DNA of 64,000 bases from Octopus vulgaris (taxonomy: Eukaryota). Positions within the stretch are counted from its first letter, which is position 1. Every line of letters begins with the position of its first letter. The stretch is taken from contig OX597814.1 in NCBI GenBank assembly GCA_951406725.2, positions 198,028,001 to 198,092,000 on the forward strand, written 5' to 3'. This document shows positions 38,967 to 52,149 of this stretch, one piece after another. The position numbers and the translations under genes are program-made. The notes below the pieces were generated by a model that saw only the letters and a program-made list of their open reading frames with translations, had not been told where the DNA came from and did not search any database.

Positions 38967-40561
38967 GGTTTAAACTGCTAGGTACATGTACAAAAGATGG
39001 TGGCAAATTCAGTGTAGCTTTCAACCAGGAGCAGTCGTCAATCAAGTGTATCCAACTTTCCTCAGGCATTTCAACCCTATAGCACATCCTCAGCAATAAT
39101 GACTAGTTACAGTCCATCTTCTGGTTTCCAGCATAAACCCTGCAGCTTGTTAAAAAGCCAGCAGCATGTCTGCTCTTCTACCTGTCCCAGTTATCTTCCT
39201 CTCCCTTCTTGCCACCCCCAGAGCAGTCAGCATCTTCCATGCCAAATGTACCAAGAAACTCCTGGGAAAAAGTCAAACCTGCTAAACTTCTCCCACCCAC
39301 AAAGAATGAGCAGAAGTCTATGTAAATATTTAAAAAATTCATATCTCTTCTAATTTCTGCATTGTCACTAGATGAAACAGAAGCAATAATCACATGCTGT
39401 CAAATGTTGGAATCACAGCCAGTATATTGTGTTTTTTTTTTTTGCTAAGTCATCATTGAAAAGTATTTTATATATATAACCAAATAAAACAAGCTTTCAA
39501 CTGGCCTGTAAAATACATGAACTTGATAATTTATTTCAAGTGTACATGATACATACAATAACATGTCACTAATTTGTAATGAACTGAGGCTTTTCTAAAG
39601 CCATCGTAAAACACATTGAATTGCAGTACTTTGCTACACAGGATCTACTAAAGGAAAATTTTTTTAATATCAAAATAATGATAAGTGATGCACAGGCCCT
39701 GCAGTGCCCTAGCCTGGACAGTTTTATCTCTGAATGGTCCCTAATGCAACATTTCAAATTAAATTCAATGATCAATCTATTTAACATGACAAATAGCCTT
39801 GCAAAAAAATGATGTTCCAGCAATGGTTCTTTATGCAGGCAGCAGATCAAACTGGCAATACACACACACACACACTATTTATAGCTTCTTTCTAAACTTA
39901 TAAAAAATTCCACAATGGATACAATTCTATCCTATTGACCAAATGTAGACAATAAAGTGACAATTAGATGCTCAAACAAAATGCAAATATTTACATTTGT
40001 GAAAAATATTCCAGTCATACAAGACCTGATAAACGCATATTTAAAATTAAAACATATACTATGCAATATGTACTTTCACCATCATCCACTTTTCCATGCT
40101 CATATGGATCAGATAGAATTTGTCAAGATGGATTTTCTTCAGCCCTTCCAGTTGCCAAGCCACCCGTTTCCAAGGTATTATTTCCCCCATGACCAGATAT
40201 GTTTTCAGATAAAACTGGAAATGAAGGACACTGCTAGCATAACACAAAGTCAAAATAAGGAGACACTAACACATGCACACACACATCAGGGTTCTTTCAG
40301 TTTCTGTCAACCAAATCCTCTGAAAAGACTTGTTCGGCCCAGGGCTATAGAAGACATTTGTGCAAAGTACCACACAGTGGGACTGAACCTGGAATTAAGT
40401 AGTTGAGAAGCAAACTTCTTATCACACAGCCACGCCGGCACCTAACCACACTTAAGCCTTCACTATAAACATATGCATTTTTTTTTATATATACCATTTC
40501 TTTTTTTTTTTTTTCCTTTCCTTTACCCACACATCTAAGGTAAATTATTAAAATCACTTAC

Positions 40562-40996
40562 CTATATTTTTGTCGTCCACTTCCTTTTTGGTCTGTTCAG
40601 AAATGATTTCTTTATTTTCAACTTCTTTTTCTACTACATTATTTTCATTACCAATTACTTTCCCTTTCTTCTTAGCCATTTTGTTATTACTATTGTTATT
40701 GTTATTATTATTGTTGTTGTTGTTATTAGTGGTGGTAGTGGTGGTGGTGGTGCTGTTATTATTGTTGTTGTTGTTGCTGCTGTTATTGTTGTTGTTATTA
40801 CTATTAGGTAAACTAACAGAACTAGACTGTTCTTTAATTTTAGACTCGACAGGAGAAAGTTTTTCTTCAACAGTAGTTTGTTGTATATCTCTATCTACTA
40901 AAACTTCTTTTACTCTATCAGTATTCTCACTCGATTCCTGGGAACTTTCATCAAAAGACTGTTCACTTTCGCGTTGTTTTCGCCGTAGTTCTTCCT
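40562..40996 (-). CDS. ACIN1: Acinus-like gene, coding exon B (435 nt, phase 1 to 1): EEELRRKQRESEQ...poly-N/T...MAKKKGK...VDDKNI
   Basis: Acceptor tctttgctttgcag|, donor G|gtaagtg. Open frame of 145 codons, acidic/low-complexity, continuing KKRVE-EEELRRKQRE from exon A. Confidence 0.85.
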
Positions 40997-42007
40997 CTGC
41001 AAAGCAAAGATGTTCAAAATAAATTAGCTGCTACAAAATTAAAAATCAATAATGAAAATAGTCTACAAACAAGCAACGTGTATAATTAACTAAAAAAAAA
41101 GAAAAATCTATAAATTGTGAGTAAAAACAACGAAAATAGAATATTCAAAAACGCTGAAAATACATCGCAAATTGCACCAGAACAGATTTTATTAATACAA
41201 GATAAACTCGAAATTTTTCTATAAAATCTATAGAATTTTTTTCTTCTTTTTCGTCCAAATCAGACATTTATCTTTCGAGTTAACAGCAATAACTTAATGA
41301 CAAATGCATAATTAAAAATACAATCAACACAAACTCTGTTTTATCTGACATATTAAGAAGGAACGTTCACATGGGTCTGGACCAACTAAGAGTTTGTTTA
41401 ATCACTAATCCAATTTTTCAGCTTTATTAGTTCAAAGGAAAAGGGGGAAAAATGCATCCGGTTTTCTTATTTTTTTTATTTTTAAGAATGAAATTTATGA
41501 AATGCAAAAAAATTATATATATATCTATATAATTAATATATAACGTACTGTTAAGTGGGGATAGAATTGCGTCCATCCGATTTTAATTAGATATAACATA
41601 ATACCAAAAACAAGAACGTGTTGTGTGTGTGTGTGTGTGATAAAGTATGGTTGAATAAAAACTGGCGGAAAATAACGATGGTTTCGGGTTAAAACGAGAA
41701 AAAAGTTGGTGAAAAACGAATTAGCAGCAATTTACGAAGCAGGACACATGAATATACATACATGTGTATGTGTGCGTGCAAGTGTGTGAATATTTATATA
41801 TATATTTATGTGTATATACATACATACACATATACACACACAGCCAGATCCGCCATATCTGGTGGATGGTGATAAGCAGGACCAAAGAGTAAGAAAAACC
41901 AGCAAAGATACCAATTGATCGAATCATGGGGGGAAAAAAAAAGAAGTGAATCGTTTATTGAATAAAAGAGAAATTTCCATTCGTAAACACCCAACAAAAC
42001 CTGTAAA

Positions 42008-42365
42008 ATATACACACACACACACACATACATATATACATATATATACATCAGTGAATGTATATATACATATATATATGTGTGTGTGTATATATATATA
42101 TGTGTGTGTGTATGTATATATATATATGTGTGTGTGTATGTATATATATATATATGTGTGTGTGTATGTATATATATATATGTGTGTGTGTATGTATATA
42201 TATATATGTGTGTGTGTATATATATGCGTGTGTATATATATGTGTGTGTGTATATATATATATGTGTGTATATATATATGTGTGTGTGTGTGTGTGTATA
42301 TATGTGTGTGTACATATATGTGTGTGTATATATGTGTGTGTGTATATATATATATGTGTGTGTGT
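42008..42365. repeat. Compound (TA)n/(TG)n microsatellite
   Basis: Directly visible. Confidence 0.95.
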
Positions 42366-42879
42366 AACTTTATTAATTACATGGCTAAAGGAAGGGCCTT
42401 CCCCGCTTCTGGCACTGAGCGAAATTTATACAAAGGTTAGATAGAACAAAGCAATTTATCATCCTTTTACATGATAGATATTGCTTTGCAAAGAAAGCGC
42501 AGGGAGTAGACAATGGGAAAATAAAAGATTTGTTCTAGATATAAGAGGAGAAAATAAGGAGAAAGAAAGGCTTAACAAAAAAAATTTGAGAGAGACACAC
42601 ACAGAGAGATGGATGGAAAAAACGGACAAATATGAAGCGATAAGCATTCGAAGCCATCCATCCCGACATGGAAAAATATTATTTAAGTAGAAATAATGTT
42701 TGAGTGAAAATAAAAGCGAAGACATTCCGTCGTTGTGTTGTGGAGAAAAATCCTTTTTTTTTTTGTGAAGAAGAAGATCTAAGGTGGGAAAAATGTAGGA
42801 AAAGATTTAGTGATGAGAAGTGGAGAGAGAGAGAGAGACGACTCTGTGTGGTTATTGAAAAGGAAAGAGTGAAAGGAGA

Positions 42880-43580
42880 GAGATATATGGAATGAATATA
42901 AAAAGCAGTCGTTTCACACACCACACACCACCACAGAGAGATTATTATATATTTGTAACAAGGAAGGAGGTGGCGGCGACCTTGCTTGCAAAAATGAGGA
43001 CAAAAGATTTTGCAAAAGATGTTTAAAAAGGGGGAAAAACGGCGGAATAAATGAATCGGATTCGTTCTGCTTTCCTCTCGTTTAAACTACAAATGCTTAG
43101 ATTTACACGTTTGCAGAAATATCCATCCGTCTAATCGATGCTATTCTGCTTAAAAAAAGGCCACCGAAATCTCTCGATTTTTTCCTCTCCTCTCCTCTCT
43201 CTTCTCTTCTGAAATATATATCGGCCATTTGTATATATACAGAATAGCAAAAATGTGGCAGAATTCTCTTTCCCAGCGACGAACCGACCAGACCGGACAA
43301 ACAATCTAACCTGCGACCGATTCGCTGGGTTCCTTTCAACCTTTGCTTCGTGTACCGAATGCAGAAATATAACAGAAACAGACATTATTTTTCCGAGTAG
43401 AGTAAATGAGAAATACGTCTAATACTTACATCCGTTTCCTCCGAATGAGGAAGGCGAAACGCAGCAAGGTCATATGTTCGTTAAATACATTCTGGCATTC
43501 TACTCATTCTACTGCACTAGGATTAGCAAACCGATTGACAGAATGTAGTTCGGTTAAACTCAGATTATAACTTTCGCTTT
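42880..43580 (-). promoter_or_regulatory. Putative internal CpG-rich promoter with alternative first exon (donor at 43430|43429)
   Basis: Non-repetitive stretch with many CpGs in an otherwise CpG-poor intron. Strong donor GGAT|gtaagt with no upstream polypyrimidine acceptor. ACTACA-type motif (~43541-43550) and YY1-like aaatggccga (~43221-43230) on the minus strand. Confidence 0.55.
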
Positions 43581-44327
43581 GTTAAACATTTACTAATTTT
43601 TTTTTTTATTATTATTATTATTACTATCATTATTATTATTTTTATTATTCTTACGGTGATAATTTAAAATTAACGACTAAAAAAAAATAAACTACTTTTA
43701 AATTGGCATTTTCTTTCACATTTACTGTGGAGATAGAGAATGAAATTTAAAACTCTATTTTTTTTTTCTTACAAATTTTATTTTACAAACTTAGGGGTTC
43801 AATTAAAACTGATAATATTTTACAATAAAAATTACAAAATAATTATGAAACAAAATAGTGCAAAACATTATTCTAAAAATAATATTTTTGATAAGTATGC
43901 AAACCTATATATATATCTATGTATGTGAGTGTGTAAAACATTTTACTAAAGTATTGTTTTCATTTAGTTAAAAACCTTGGATATTTGCCACCAGAACATG
44001 AAAATAACTAAAAACAAAACAAAATTACATATATTTATTCAGTATGAAATTCCTAACATAATGAAAGACAGACATATTATCCTCATAATCATATGGTTGG
44101 AAACAGAAGAAATTAAGAAAACTGGGAATGTTCTGTCACCAAAAACGAATCTAATCCAGATGGTGCAATGTTAACATATAATAAGGAGAGAAACAGTGCC
44201 ACCTTCAGACATCGGCACACTGGGCAGTTACTAGAGGGCCCTCACTGGTAACAGGGCAATTACTGGGGGACCGTCGCGGGTAACTGTCCTATGTATGCTG
44301 TGGTTTGCTGTTGAACAAATAAATATT

Positions 44328-44543
44328 CTTTTCTACTCTAAGCACAAGGCTCGAAATTTTGAGGGAGGGGGGCAGTCGATTATATTGACCCCAGTGGACA
44401 ACTGGTACTTAATTTATCGACCCCCGTTAGGATGAAAGGCAAAGTCGACCTCGGCGGAGTTTGAACTCAGAACGTAAAGGCAGACGAAATACCACTAAGG
44501 TTTTCGCGCGGTGTGCAAACGTTTCTGCCAGCTCGCCGCCTTT
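44328..44543 (-). mobile_element. Meta-domain-like SINE (plus-strand copy 48299-48530; remnant ~10775-10935)
   Basis: ggcggcgagctggcagaa head and tttgcctttcatcct...gtcgataaattaagtaccag central domain. Confidence 0.8.
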
Positions 44544-44954
44544 GAATAAATAAATATTTTAGGGTCCAGTGCATAGCTTTGCCCAAAAGTCTATAATGCG
44601 CAAAGATGACCCTGGAGAGAGAAGTCTAATATTTTGGGCAGAATACATTCTTCAGAGAAACAAAAGATGCCGTTTCATTTCTCTCTGCCAGAAATGGTAA
44701 ACTTTTCTTCCTTGCAGCATAAAATTTATTCCACTGTTTAAATCTCATTTGTATTTCATAAAACTGTTTTTATGTTGCTATTTTAATCAGTATCGTTTGC
44801 ATCGTTTGCTTGACTTCAGTCAGGATTCCACAGTTTTACATTCTAAAATACAAACAGTTAACATCTCTCCAGTTCAAGAGACCACTCAACAATGATCACA
44901 ACGGGCCTACAGATCACAAACAGCAAGAAAGTTCCTCCACTTTGGTAAAATCAT

Positions 44955-45318
44955 ACTCTTTACTCTTTTACTTGTTTCAGTCATTTGACTGCGGCAAATT
45001 GACCCCAGGACTTATTCTTTGGAAGCCTAGTACTTATTCTATCGGTCTCTTTTGCCAAACCACTAAGTTACGGGGACGTAAACACACCAGCATCAGTTGT
45101 CAAGCGATGCTGGGGGTCAAACACAGACATATACACACACGTACACATATAGATATATACGATGGGCTTCTTTCAGTTTCCGTCTACCAAATCCACTCAC
45201 AAGGCTTTGGTCGGCCCAAGGCTATAGTAGAAGACACTTGCCCAAGGTGCCACACAGTGGGAATGAATCTGGAACCATGTGGTTGGTAAGCAAGCTACTT
45301 ACCACACAGCCAATCCTG
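44955..45318 (-). mobile_element. CORE-type SINE, same family
   Basis: Same head, core and tail, with a small deletion in the tail. Confidence 0.85.
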
Positions 45319-46940
45319 CTAAATATCCCCTTTTTTTTTATCATTACATGTAATGAGAAATAGGAACAAAAGGGTTTTATGCTCACTATTGTGTTAGCCT
45401 CCACTGTTTACAGTTTATTTTTCTAATTACTCAATTCATATTTGTGTTTTTAGGCACCAAATGGAAAAGCTTATTAGTTCACTCAGAGTGCTTGGTTTAA
45501 TTTCACCATTGTCACAATCATCATCATTCAACATCCACTTTCCATACTTGCATGGTTTAGACAATTTGATATAAGATCCAGCAAACTGGAGGGCTGCAAT
45601 GAGCTCCAATGTCAGCTTTGACATGGTTTCTACAGCTGGATGCTCTTCCTAACACCAACTATTTTACAGTGTGTACTGGGTGCTTTTCTCAAGCCACTGG
45701 CCCCTGATGAGGTTGCTGAGTAACTTGCAAGACAGGAAGAGAGCACAATGAAAAGAAAAAGAGAAATTACTATCGACTAGGTGCAAAGAAGTATTTGGAA
45801 GAGGGGGCTTTTATGCCAAGTGTTGAGAGGCTAATGTATGACAAAGGGCCAAGTGCAAGGGTCTTGTTATGAAGAAAATACATGACTACCTCGTGTTCTA
45901 TTAAAAAAATAATTCATAATTTCTTTTTTTTTTTATTATCATTACACGTAATATAACATTTGTTGTGGAGGTACAAACATTTTCTAGAGGTGTAGGATAT
46001 AGCAAAAGTTGTGAACCACTGCTGTAGAGTACAATCCAAGGGAGATTTAGCTGTTAGTTCTAACAAGCCAAAAAAAAAATCATGCAGAGATTCCCTGGTT
46101 AGATGTTTCAAAAAGCTAATGGTAAATCAATATTCTTGTCTTTGATATACATTACTCAGCTATTTTAATAATGAGTTATCATGGATTAGGATGTTATATT
46201 CTATATCAAAAACTGTATAAAGGGAACGTGTCTAGCAGTTATTGCTTGCAGGACCAAGCTGTCGACTGATTTATCAACCATTAAAATGAAAAAGAAACAG
46301 TCCATATGTAGGAACTGAATTAAAATATGGCATGCTTGATTTCACTACGCATATTTTGGTCTGCATATATTAAATATAACATTTCAAAGTCTTAGCTGAA
46401 ACTTATTAAAATTTCACAACAAAGAAATACCAGAGGCATAAAGATTAAAGTTCTTTGTTTAAATGGTGGGGGGAAAAAAAATTATGAATTACCATCAGTT
46501 GTTTTTGCTGTAAATAAAAGTCAGCTATGAGAAGAAGAATGGAATGAAAGAAAAAAGAAAAAAGAGAGTTTTCTAGTTTCAAAATGTTAAATTTAAATGC
46601 AAAGTATTCTCTCAAAGGATTTCTTCAGTAAGAAATCAACGACTTGGTCTTGAAGACAGGAGTTGGATCACCATACCTGAGGCAGAATTGGTCTGGAAAA
46701 ACAGTGCTAATTACATGAAATAAGAATGTCAGGATTCAAAGAAATAAGATGCTACCACTGCAACAAATGTAATCTTAATAGTCTCTCTCCCTTTCTCTCC
46801 TCATATACACACAATTATAATTATCAGAAATAAAAATTGTCACATTCAAAGTAACATCACATATACAATGTTAACATTTTATCTTCATTTGTTTATGATT
46901 TTATTAATAAATTATAAAAAACAATTCACACAAATATACT

Positions 46941-47365
46941 AGGCGCAGGAGTGGCTGTGTGGTAAGTAGCTTGCTAACCAACCACATGATTCCAGGTTCA
47001 GTCTCACTGCGTGGCATCTTGGGCAAGTGTCTTCTGCTATAGCCCCGGGCCGACCAATGCCTTGTGAGTGGATTTGGTAGACGGAAACTGAAAGAAGCCT
47101 GTCGTATATATGTATATATATATATATAAGTGTGTGTGTATATGTTTGTGTGTCTGTATTTGTCCCCCTAGCATTGCTTGACAACCGATGCTGGAGCGTT
47201 TACGTCCCCGTCTCTTAGCGGTTCGGCAAAAGAGACCGATAGAATAAGTACTGAGCTTACAAAGAATAAGTCCTGGGGTCGATTTGCTCGACTAAAGGCG
47301 GTGCTCCAGCATGGCCGCAGTCAAATGACTGAAACAAGTAAAAGAGTAAAAGAGAGAGTAAAGAG
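46941..47365 (+). mobile_element. CORE-type SINE, full length, plus strand
   Basis: ggcgcaggagtggctgtgtggtaag ... gactgaaacaagtaaaagagtaaaagag. Confidence 0.9.
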
Positions 47366-48538
47366 TATATCATTAACAGTAACATACAAGCTATACACAC
47401 ACATACATATACATACACACACATACATATACATACACATTTTACATGTAAGTCAATTTCTGATTGGAGACTAAAGTAACCTTACACAAAATGCAGAAAT
47501 CAAACTACTTAATTCAAAGAAATGCATACATCCACACCATTAAATAAAGAGAAAAGTTAAACATGCAATCAATTCAAGAACTAATTAATTGACTGTTTCC
47601 ATGGTGATTTAATGGCAACTGTGCAAAGAGAGGTGAGATTTACAGTGAAAAAAAATAATCAGACAAATTAGAGAACTGAAAAAGCATTTCTTGCGACACA
47701 TGGTGAGAACAAACATTAAAAGAAGAAAAAAAAATGCAAATTTATGATGGATTATTAGACAGAAATGAAGTTAGAGAAATATTAAAATGAAAATTATATT
47801 TTCTTATTTAATTACATTTTATTGTTCTTTTTATTAGAGTTTTTTTTCTGTGTTGGTCATTAAACAAAAATAGAAATGAAATTAATCCAATTTCAACAGC
47901 ATTAGCCCACATCAACTAATGACATTGTCATCTGCTCAATGGTATGCAAAAATATTTTTTCCAATTCCACCATCATCGTTTTAATGTCTGTTATCTGTCC
48001 TTGCATGGCTTAGAGAAGATTTGCTGAAGCAGATTTTTCTGGAGGTCGATGCCCTTCCTGCTATCAACTTTCACTTGTTTCCAAGTAAGATAACATTTTC
48101 CTCCAAGTCTGGGCAGGGAAAATTGGAAGCAAATGACACGGCTTGCAGGAGAGTAAAGTTTGTTTACAATTACCATGTGATATCAAAACAAAGAAAACAC
48201 ACACACACACAAACAAATGATGGGCATCTTTTCAGTTTCTGTTAACCACATTAGAAGGCCTCAGTCCACCTTGTAGCTAGAGTACAGGAACAATAGTAAA
48301 GGCGGCGAGCTGGCAGAATCGTTAGCACGCCGGGCAAAATGCGTAGCTGTATTTCGTCTGCCGTTACGTTCTGAGTTCAAATTCCACCGAGGTCAACTTT
48401 GCCTTCCATCCTTTCAGGGTCGATAAATTAAGTACCAGTTGCGCACTGGGGTTGATGTAATTGACTTAATCCCTTTGTCTGTCCGTGTTTGTCCCCTCTT
48501 TGCTTAGCCCCTTGTGGGCAATAAAGAAATATATAGTA

Positions 48539-49699
48539 CAGGAGTCACCAAACTCTTTTACATGGTGGACCAGATAACTGAGAGAATGGCATGTGCAGGC
48601 TGCATAACCATTTTGTCCAATTACAGTACAATGAATACACAAAAAATAAAAACAACCAGCTTATTTATTTACCCAAAAGTTACCAAAGAAGGCGACATTA
48701 GCAATAAGATAGTTATATCACACCCAGTGCACACATATCTGAATTGTGTATGCATTGTACTACCCGCAAGGCTCATGGGTCCGGTTTCCTAGTTTCTATG
48801 GCGTATGTGTTCCTCAGCTCGACGGGACGCCTGTCCATCGCAGCGTTACTTATTTTTGCCAGCTGAGTGGACTGGAGCAACATGAAATGAAGTGTTTTGC
48901 TTAAGAACAAAACGCGGCGCTTGGTCCAGGAAACGAAACCACAATCTTACGATCATGGTGCTGACAGTCCTAACCACTAAGCTACACACCTCCACCTTAT
49001 ACATACATACAAACTAAGCAGCAAAAAAGGTTAGTGAGATTAGTGAAACTGGTGTTTAGCTTTTAAGATATCTCTATATATATAAACGACAAAATATCTG
49101 TGTGTGCGCGTGCGTGTCCTTTATACAAATCCACAATTTTTCAGTTAGAGGGCTCGCACTTTCTATGGTCATTCAAAACCATCCAAGGGTTGTCATGCAC
49201 ATCTTTACATTTCCCCAGTCACCCAAAAAATCCATTAAAAAAATCAATAGAAGTGACTTTTTTGTGAATTTTCTATCCAAAACACAATCAAAATGCCCAA
49301 AACTTGATACGCCAATTGAAAGCTTGCCATCTGTATGTGATTGGCTGCAGATTTGGACAGTACTCGCGTGTATGTGAACATGCACGCAGCTGTATATGCA
49401 TGCACCAGCACTATGACCCGGCATTGCTGGGTCATAGTGCTAGTCATCAATATTTGCTTTGGAATTGCTGCATCCAACCAAGAGAATTGATTCCAAATGT
49501 TCATCAATCAACCTCGTTAGATGGGCTGACTTCACATTCTTCATTATTGAAAATGTTAGCTCACAGACATAAGTTGTTCCAAACATTGATGCCATACCAG
49601 AGGCAAATGAACTCTAACTACAGGTATTTACACAAAAGGTACAGTGTGGCAGTAGGCCAGATGAACTGACCCTGTGGGCCCATAGTTTAGTGACCCTTG
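48539..49699 (-). mobile_element. Internally deleted hAT (Charlie/SPIN-like) element carrying nested insertions
   Basis: Termini caggagtcaccaaact / agtttagtgacccttg; near-identical 8-bp flanks atatagta/ctatagta. 49440-49604 on minus encodes MFGTTYVCELTFSIMKNVKSAHLTRLIDEHLESIL, a hAT C-terminal dimerisation domain. Confidence 0.8.
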
Positions 49700-49967
49700 C
49701 TATAGTAGAATACATCTGCACACTTGCTACTGCATAGAACTGGGATTGAATCTGAAACCACAAGATTGCAAAGCAAACTTCTTAACAACACAACCTTACA
49801 CAAAAGGTACAGTGCGGCAGTAGGCCAAATGAACTGACCTTGTGGGCCCATAGTTTAGTGACCTTTGCTATAGTAGAATACATCTGCGCACTTGCTACTG
49901 CATAGAACTGGGATTGAAACTGAAACCACAAGGTTGCAAAGCAAACTTCTTAACAACACAACCTTAC
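49628..49967. repeat. Recent tandem duplication, 2 x ~168 bp
   Basis: ttacacaaaaggtacagtg... starts at 49628 and 49796 with few differences; it spans the hAT right end and flanking SINE remnant. Confidence 0.92.
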
Positions 49968-50127
49968 CTATGAAACCTAATACTGTAGAAGAGTTGAAAT
50001 GACTGTAAAGTTCCAGCATTCATACAGAGCAGACCATCAAGTTGGCTGTCACAACAATACTTCAGCAATGTCTTAAAGAATTTAACACACGAGAAGCCAG
50101 GCTTCTCTCACCATTTATGTATCTTAC

Positions 50128-50233
50128 CTTCAACTCTTTTTTTCACTTCTCGTTGCATTTCAAAAAGCTTCTTCTGTTGTTCAAGGTACTGCTTGATAAA
50201 TTCGCTTTGCCCAGCAACTTCATCGTTCTGCAG
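50128..50233 (-). CDS. ACIN1: Acinus-like gene, coding exon A (106 nt, phase 0 to 1): LQNDEVAGQSEFIKQYLEQQKKLFEMQREVKKRVE
   Basis: Acceptor ggttgtttttag| and donor G|gtaaga. The peptide resembles the conserved post-SAP segment of human ACIN1 ([20 protein letters not shown]..., recalled, not searched). Phase matches the next exon. Confidence 0.85.
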
Positions 50234-51294
50234 CTAAAAACAACCAGGAAGAAGTTTTTAAAAAATCAGCCTTGCAGACTAATTAGACAACTGAAGAAGG
50301 GGAGATGGATATAAAACAGTTAAGTGATTTCTTTTCTGCTTTTAATTAACAAACATGTCCAACAATTAAAACTTATAATGTACACAATACAAAATATACA
50401 ATCGTAATTATTCTTTAATTATCCATCAGAAGAAATACAGATGTTAAATATATTGAACAATATACAGAATTATCAATGACAAAATTAAAATGTTGTTGAA
50501 ATAAAAATTACTCATTTTAATAGTTTTTTATAGTACAATAAAAATTAACATCAATGCAGAAGAATTGAGAAAATAAATTATTTTACGATGCCAGGTATGT
50601 CCATCAAAACTTTTAAATATGAAGGCATTACATTTGATATTAAAACATAATCTTTAGAAAAATGTCAAGCAACAAAATTCAAAGTTCTTATATTTTTCTT
50701 ATATTTATATACGTGTATGATGTATGTTATATATATATATATATATACATGCATACACTAAATGAGTAAAAGAAAAAAAGAGAGTAATAGAATCAAAGAG
50801 AAAAATTGTTTTCACCAAATATACATGAATTGTGTGTGTGTGTGTGTGTAAGTATGTATATGTATTATATATCTCAGCATTAATGAGTTTAAGTATTATA
50901 AATGAACAGTCAATGTTTTAATACAAATGACATGAGACATCATAAGCAGAAAAAAAGCACCAGGCACGGTGAGAATCTCCAAACAAGGTATCACTTGTCG
51001 AGTAATCATAGCTCTGGGTGAAAGCACGTGGCTTAGTGGTTAGGGCACTCACCTCACGATCGTAAGGCCAGGTAGTTCAATTCCTGGTGGAGAGTTGTGT
51101 CCTTGACCAAGACACTTTATTTCACATTTGCCTAGTTCACTAAGCTGGCAAAAATGAGTAGTAACCGTATTTCACAGGACCAGCCTTGTCACATTTTGTG
51201 TCATGCTGACTCCCCCAGAGAACTATATTAAGAGTACGCATGTTTGTGGAGTGCTCAGCCACTTGCATGGTAACTTCACGAGGAGGCTGTTCTA

Positions 51295-51975
51295 TTCTTT
51301 TATTTTTTTTACTGGTTTCAGTCATTGGACTGCAGCCATGCTGGACCACTACCTTAAAGGGTATTAGTCGAAGAAATCGATCCCAGAACTTATTCTTCAT
51401 AAGCCTAGTACTTATTCTATCGGTCTCTTTTGCTGAACCACTAAGTTATGGAGGACATAAACACACCAGCATCAGTTGTCAAGCAATGGCAAGGGGACAT
51501 ACACAAATATATATATATATATATATATATGCCTGACTGGCTCCTGTGCCGGTGGCACATAAAAAGCACCATTTGAGCGTGATCAATGCCAGTGCCTCAT
51601 GACTGGCTCCCATGCCGGAGGCATGTAAAAAGAGCCATTCAAGTGTGATCGATGCCAGTGCCTCCTGACTACCCCCCACTGCACATGCCGGTGGCACATA
51701 AAAAAGCACCCACTACACCCTTTGCGTGGTTAGTGTTAGGAAGAGGAACCAGCTGTAGAAACTTTGCCAGATCAGATTGGAGCCCGGTGCAGCCTCCAGG
51801 CTTGCCAGTCTTCAGTCAAACCGTCAAACCCATACCAGCATGGAAAGTGGACACTAAACGATGACGATGATGATATATGACAAGCTTCTTCCAGTTTCTG
51901 TCAACGAAATCTACTCACAAGGCTTTGGTCGGCCTGAGACTATAGTAGAAGACACTTGCTCAAGATACCATGCAA
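51295..51975 (-). mobile_element. CORE-type SINE interrupted in its TA tract by an RTE-tail repeat (51530-51875, plus strand)
   Basis: The two SINE halves flank an element ending in a gatgat tail. Confidence 0.75.
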
Positions 51976-52149
51976 TGGAACAGGCTCCTCTCCAAAAATT
52001 TTGAGCCTTGTGCCTAGAGTAGAATATTTGGCCATGCTCTCTGCACGGAATTCAAACCCTGCCAAGATAAACTTTGCATTTTTATCTTTTCAGAGTGGTT
52101 AATAATCAATCCCCATTACTTTTGCCTGTTTTTTTTTTTTTTAATATTT

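Noticed and set aside
40570-41022. 150-aa plus-strand ORF with poly-Leu/Val resembling a membrane protein
   Set aside because: Antisense shadow of the poly-Asn/Thr coding exon B.
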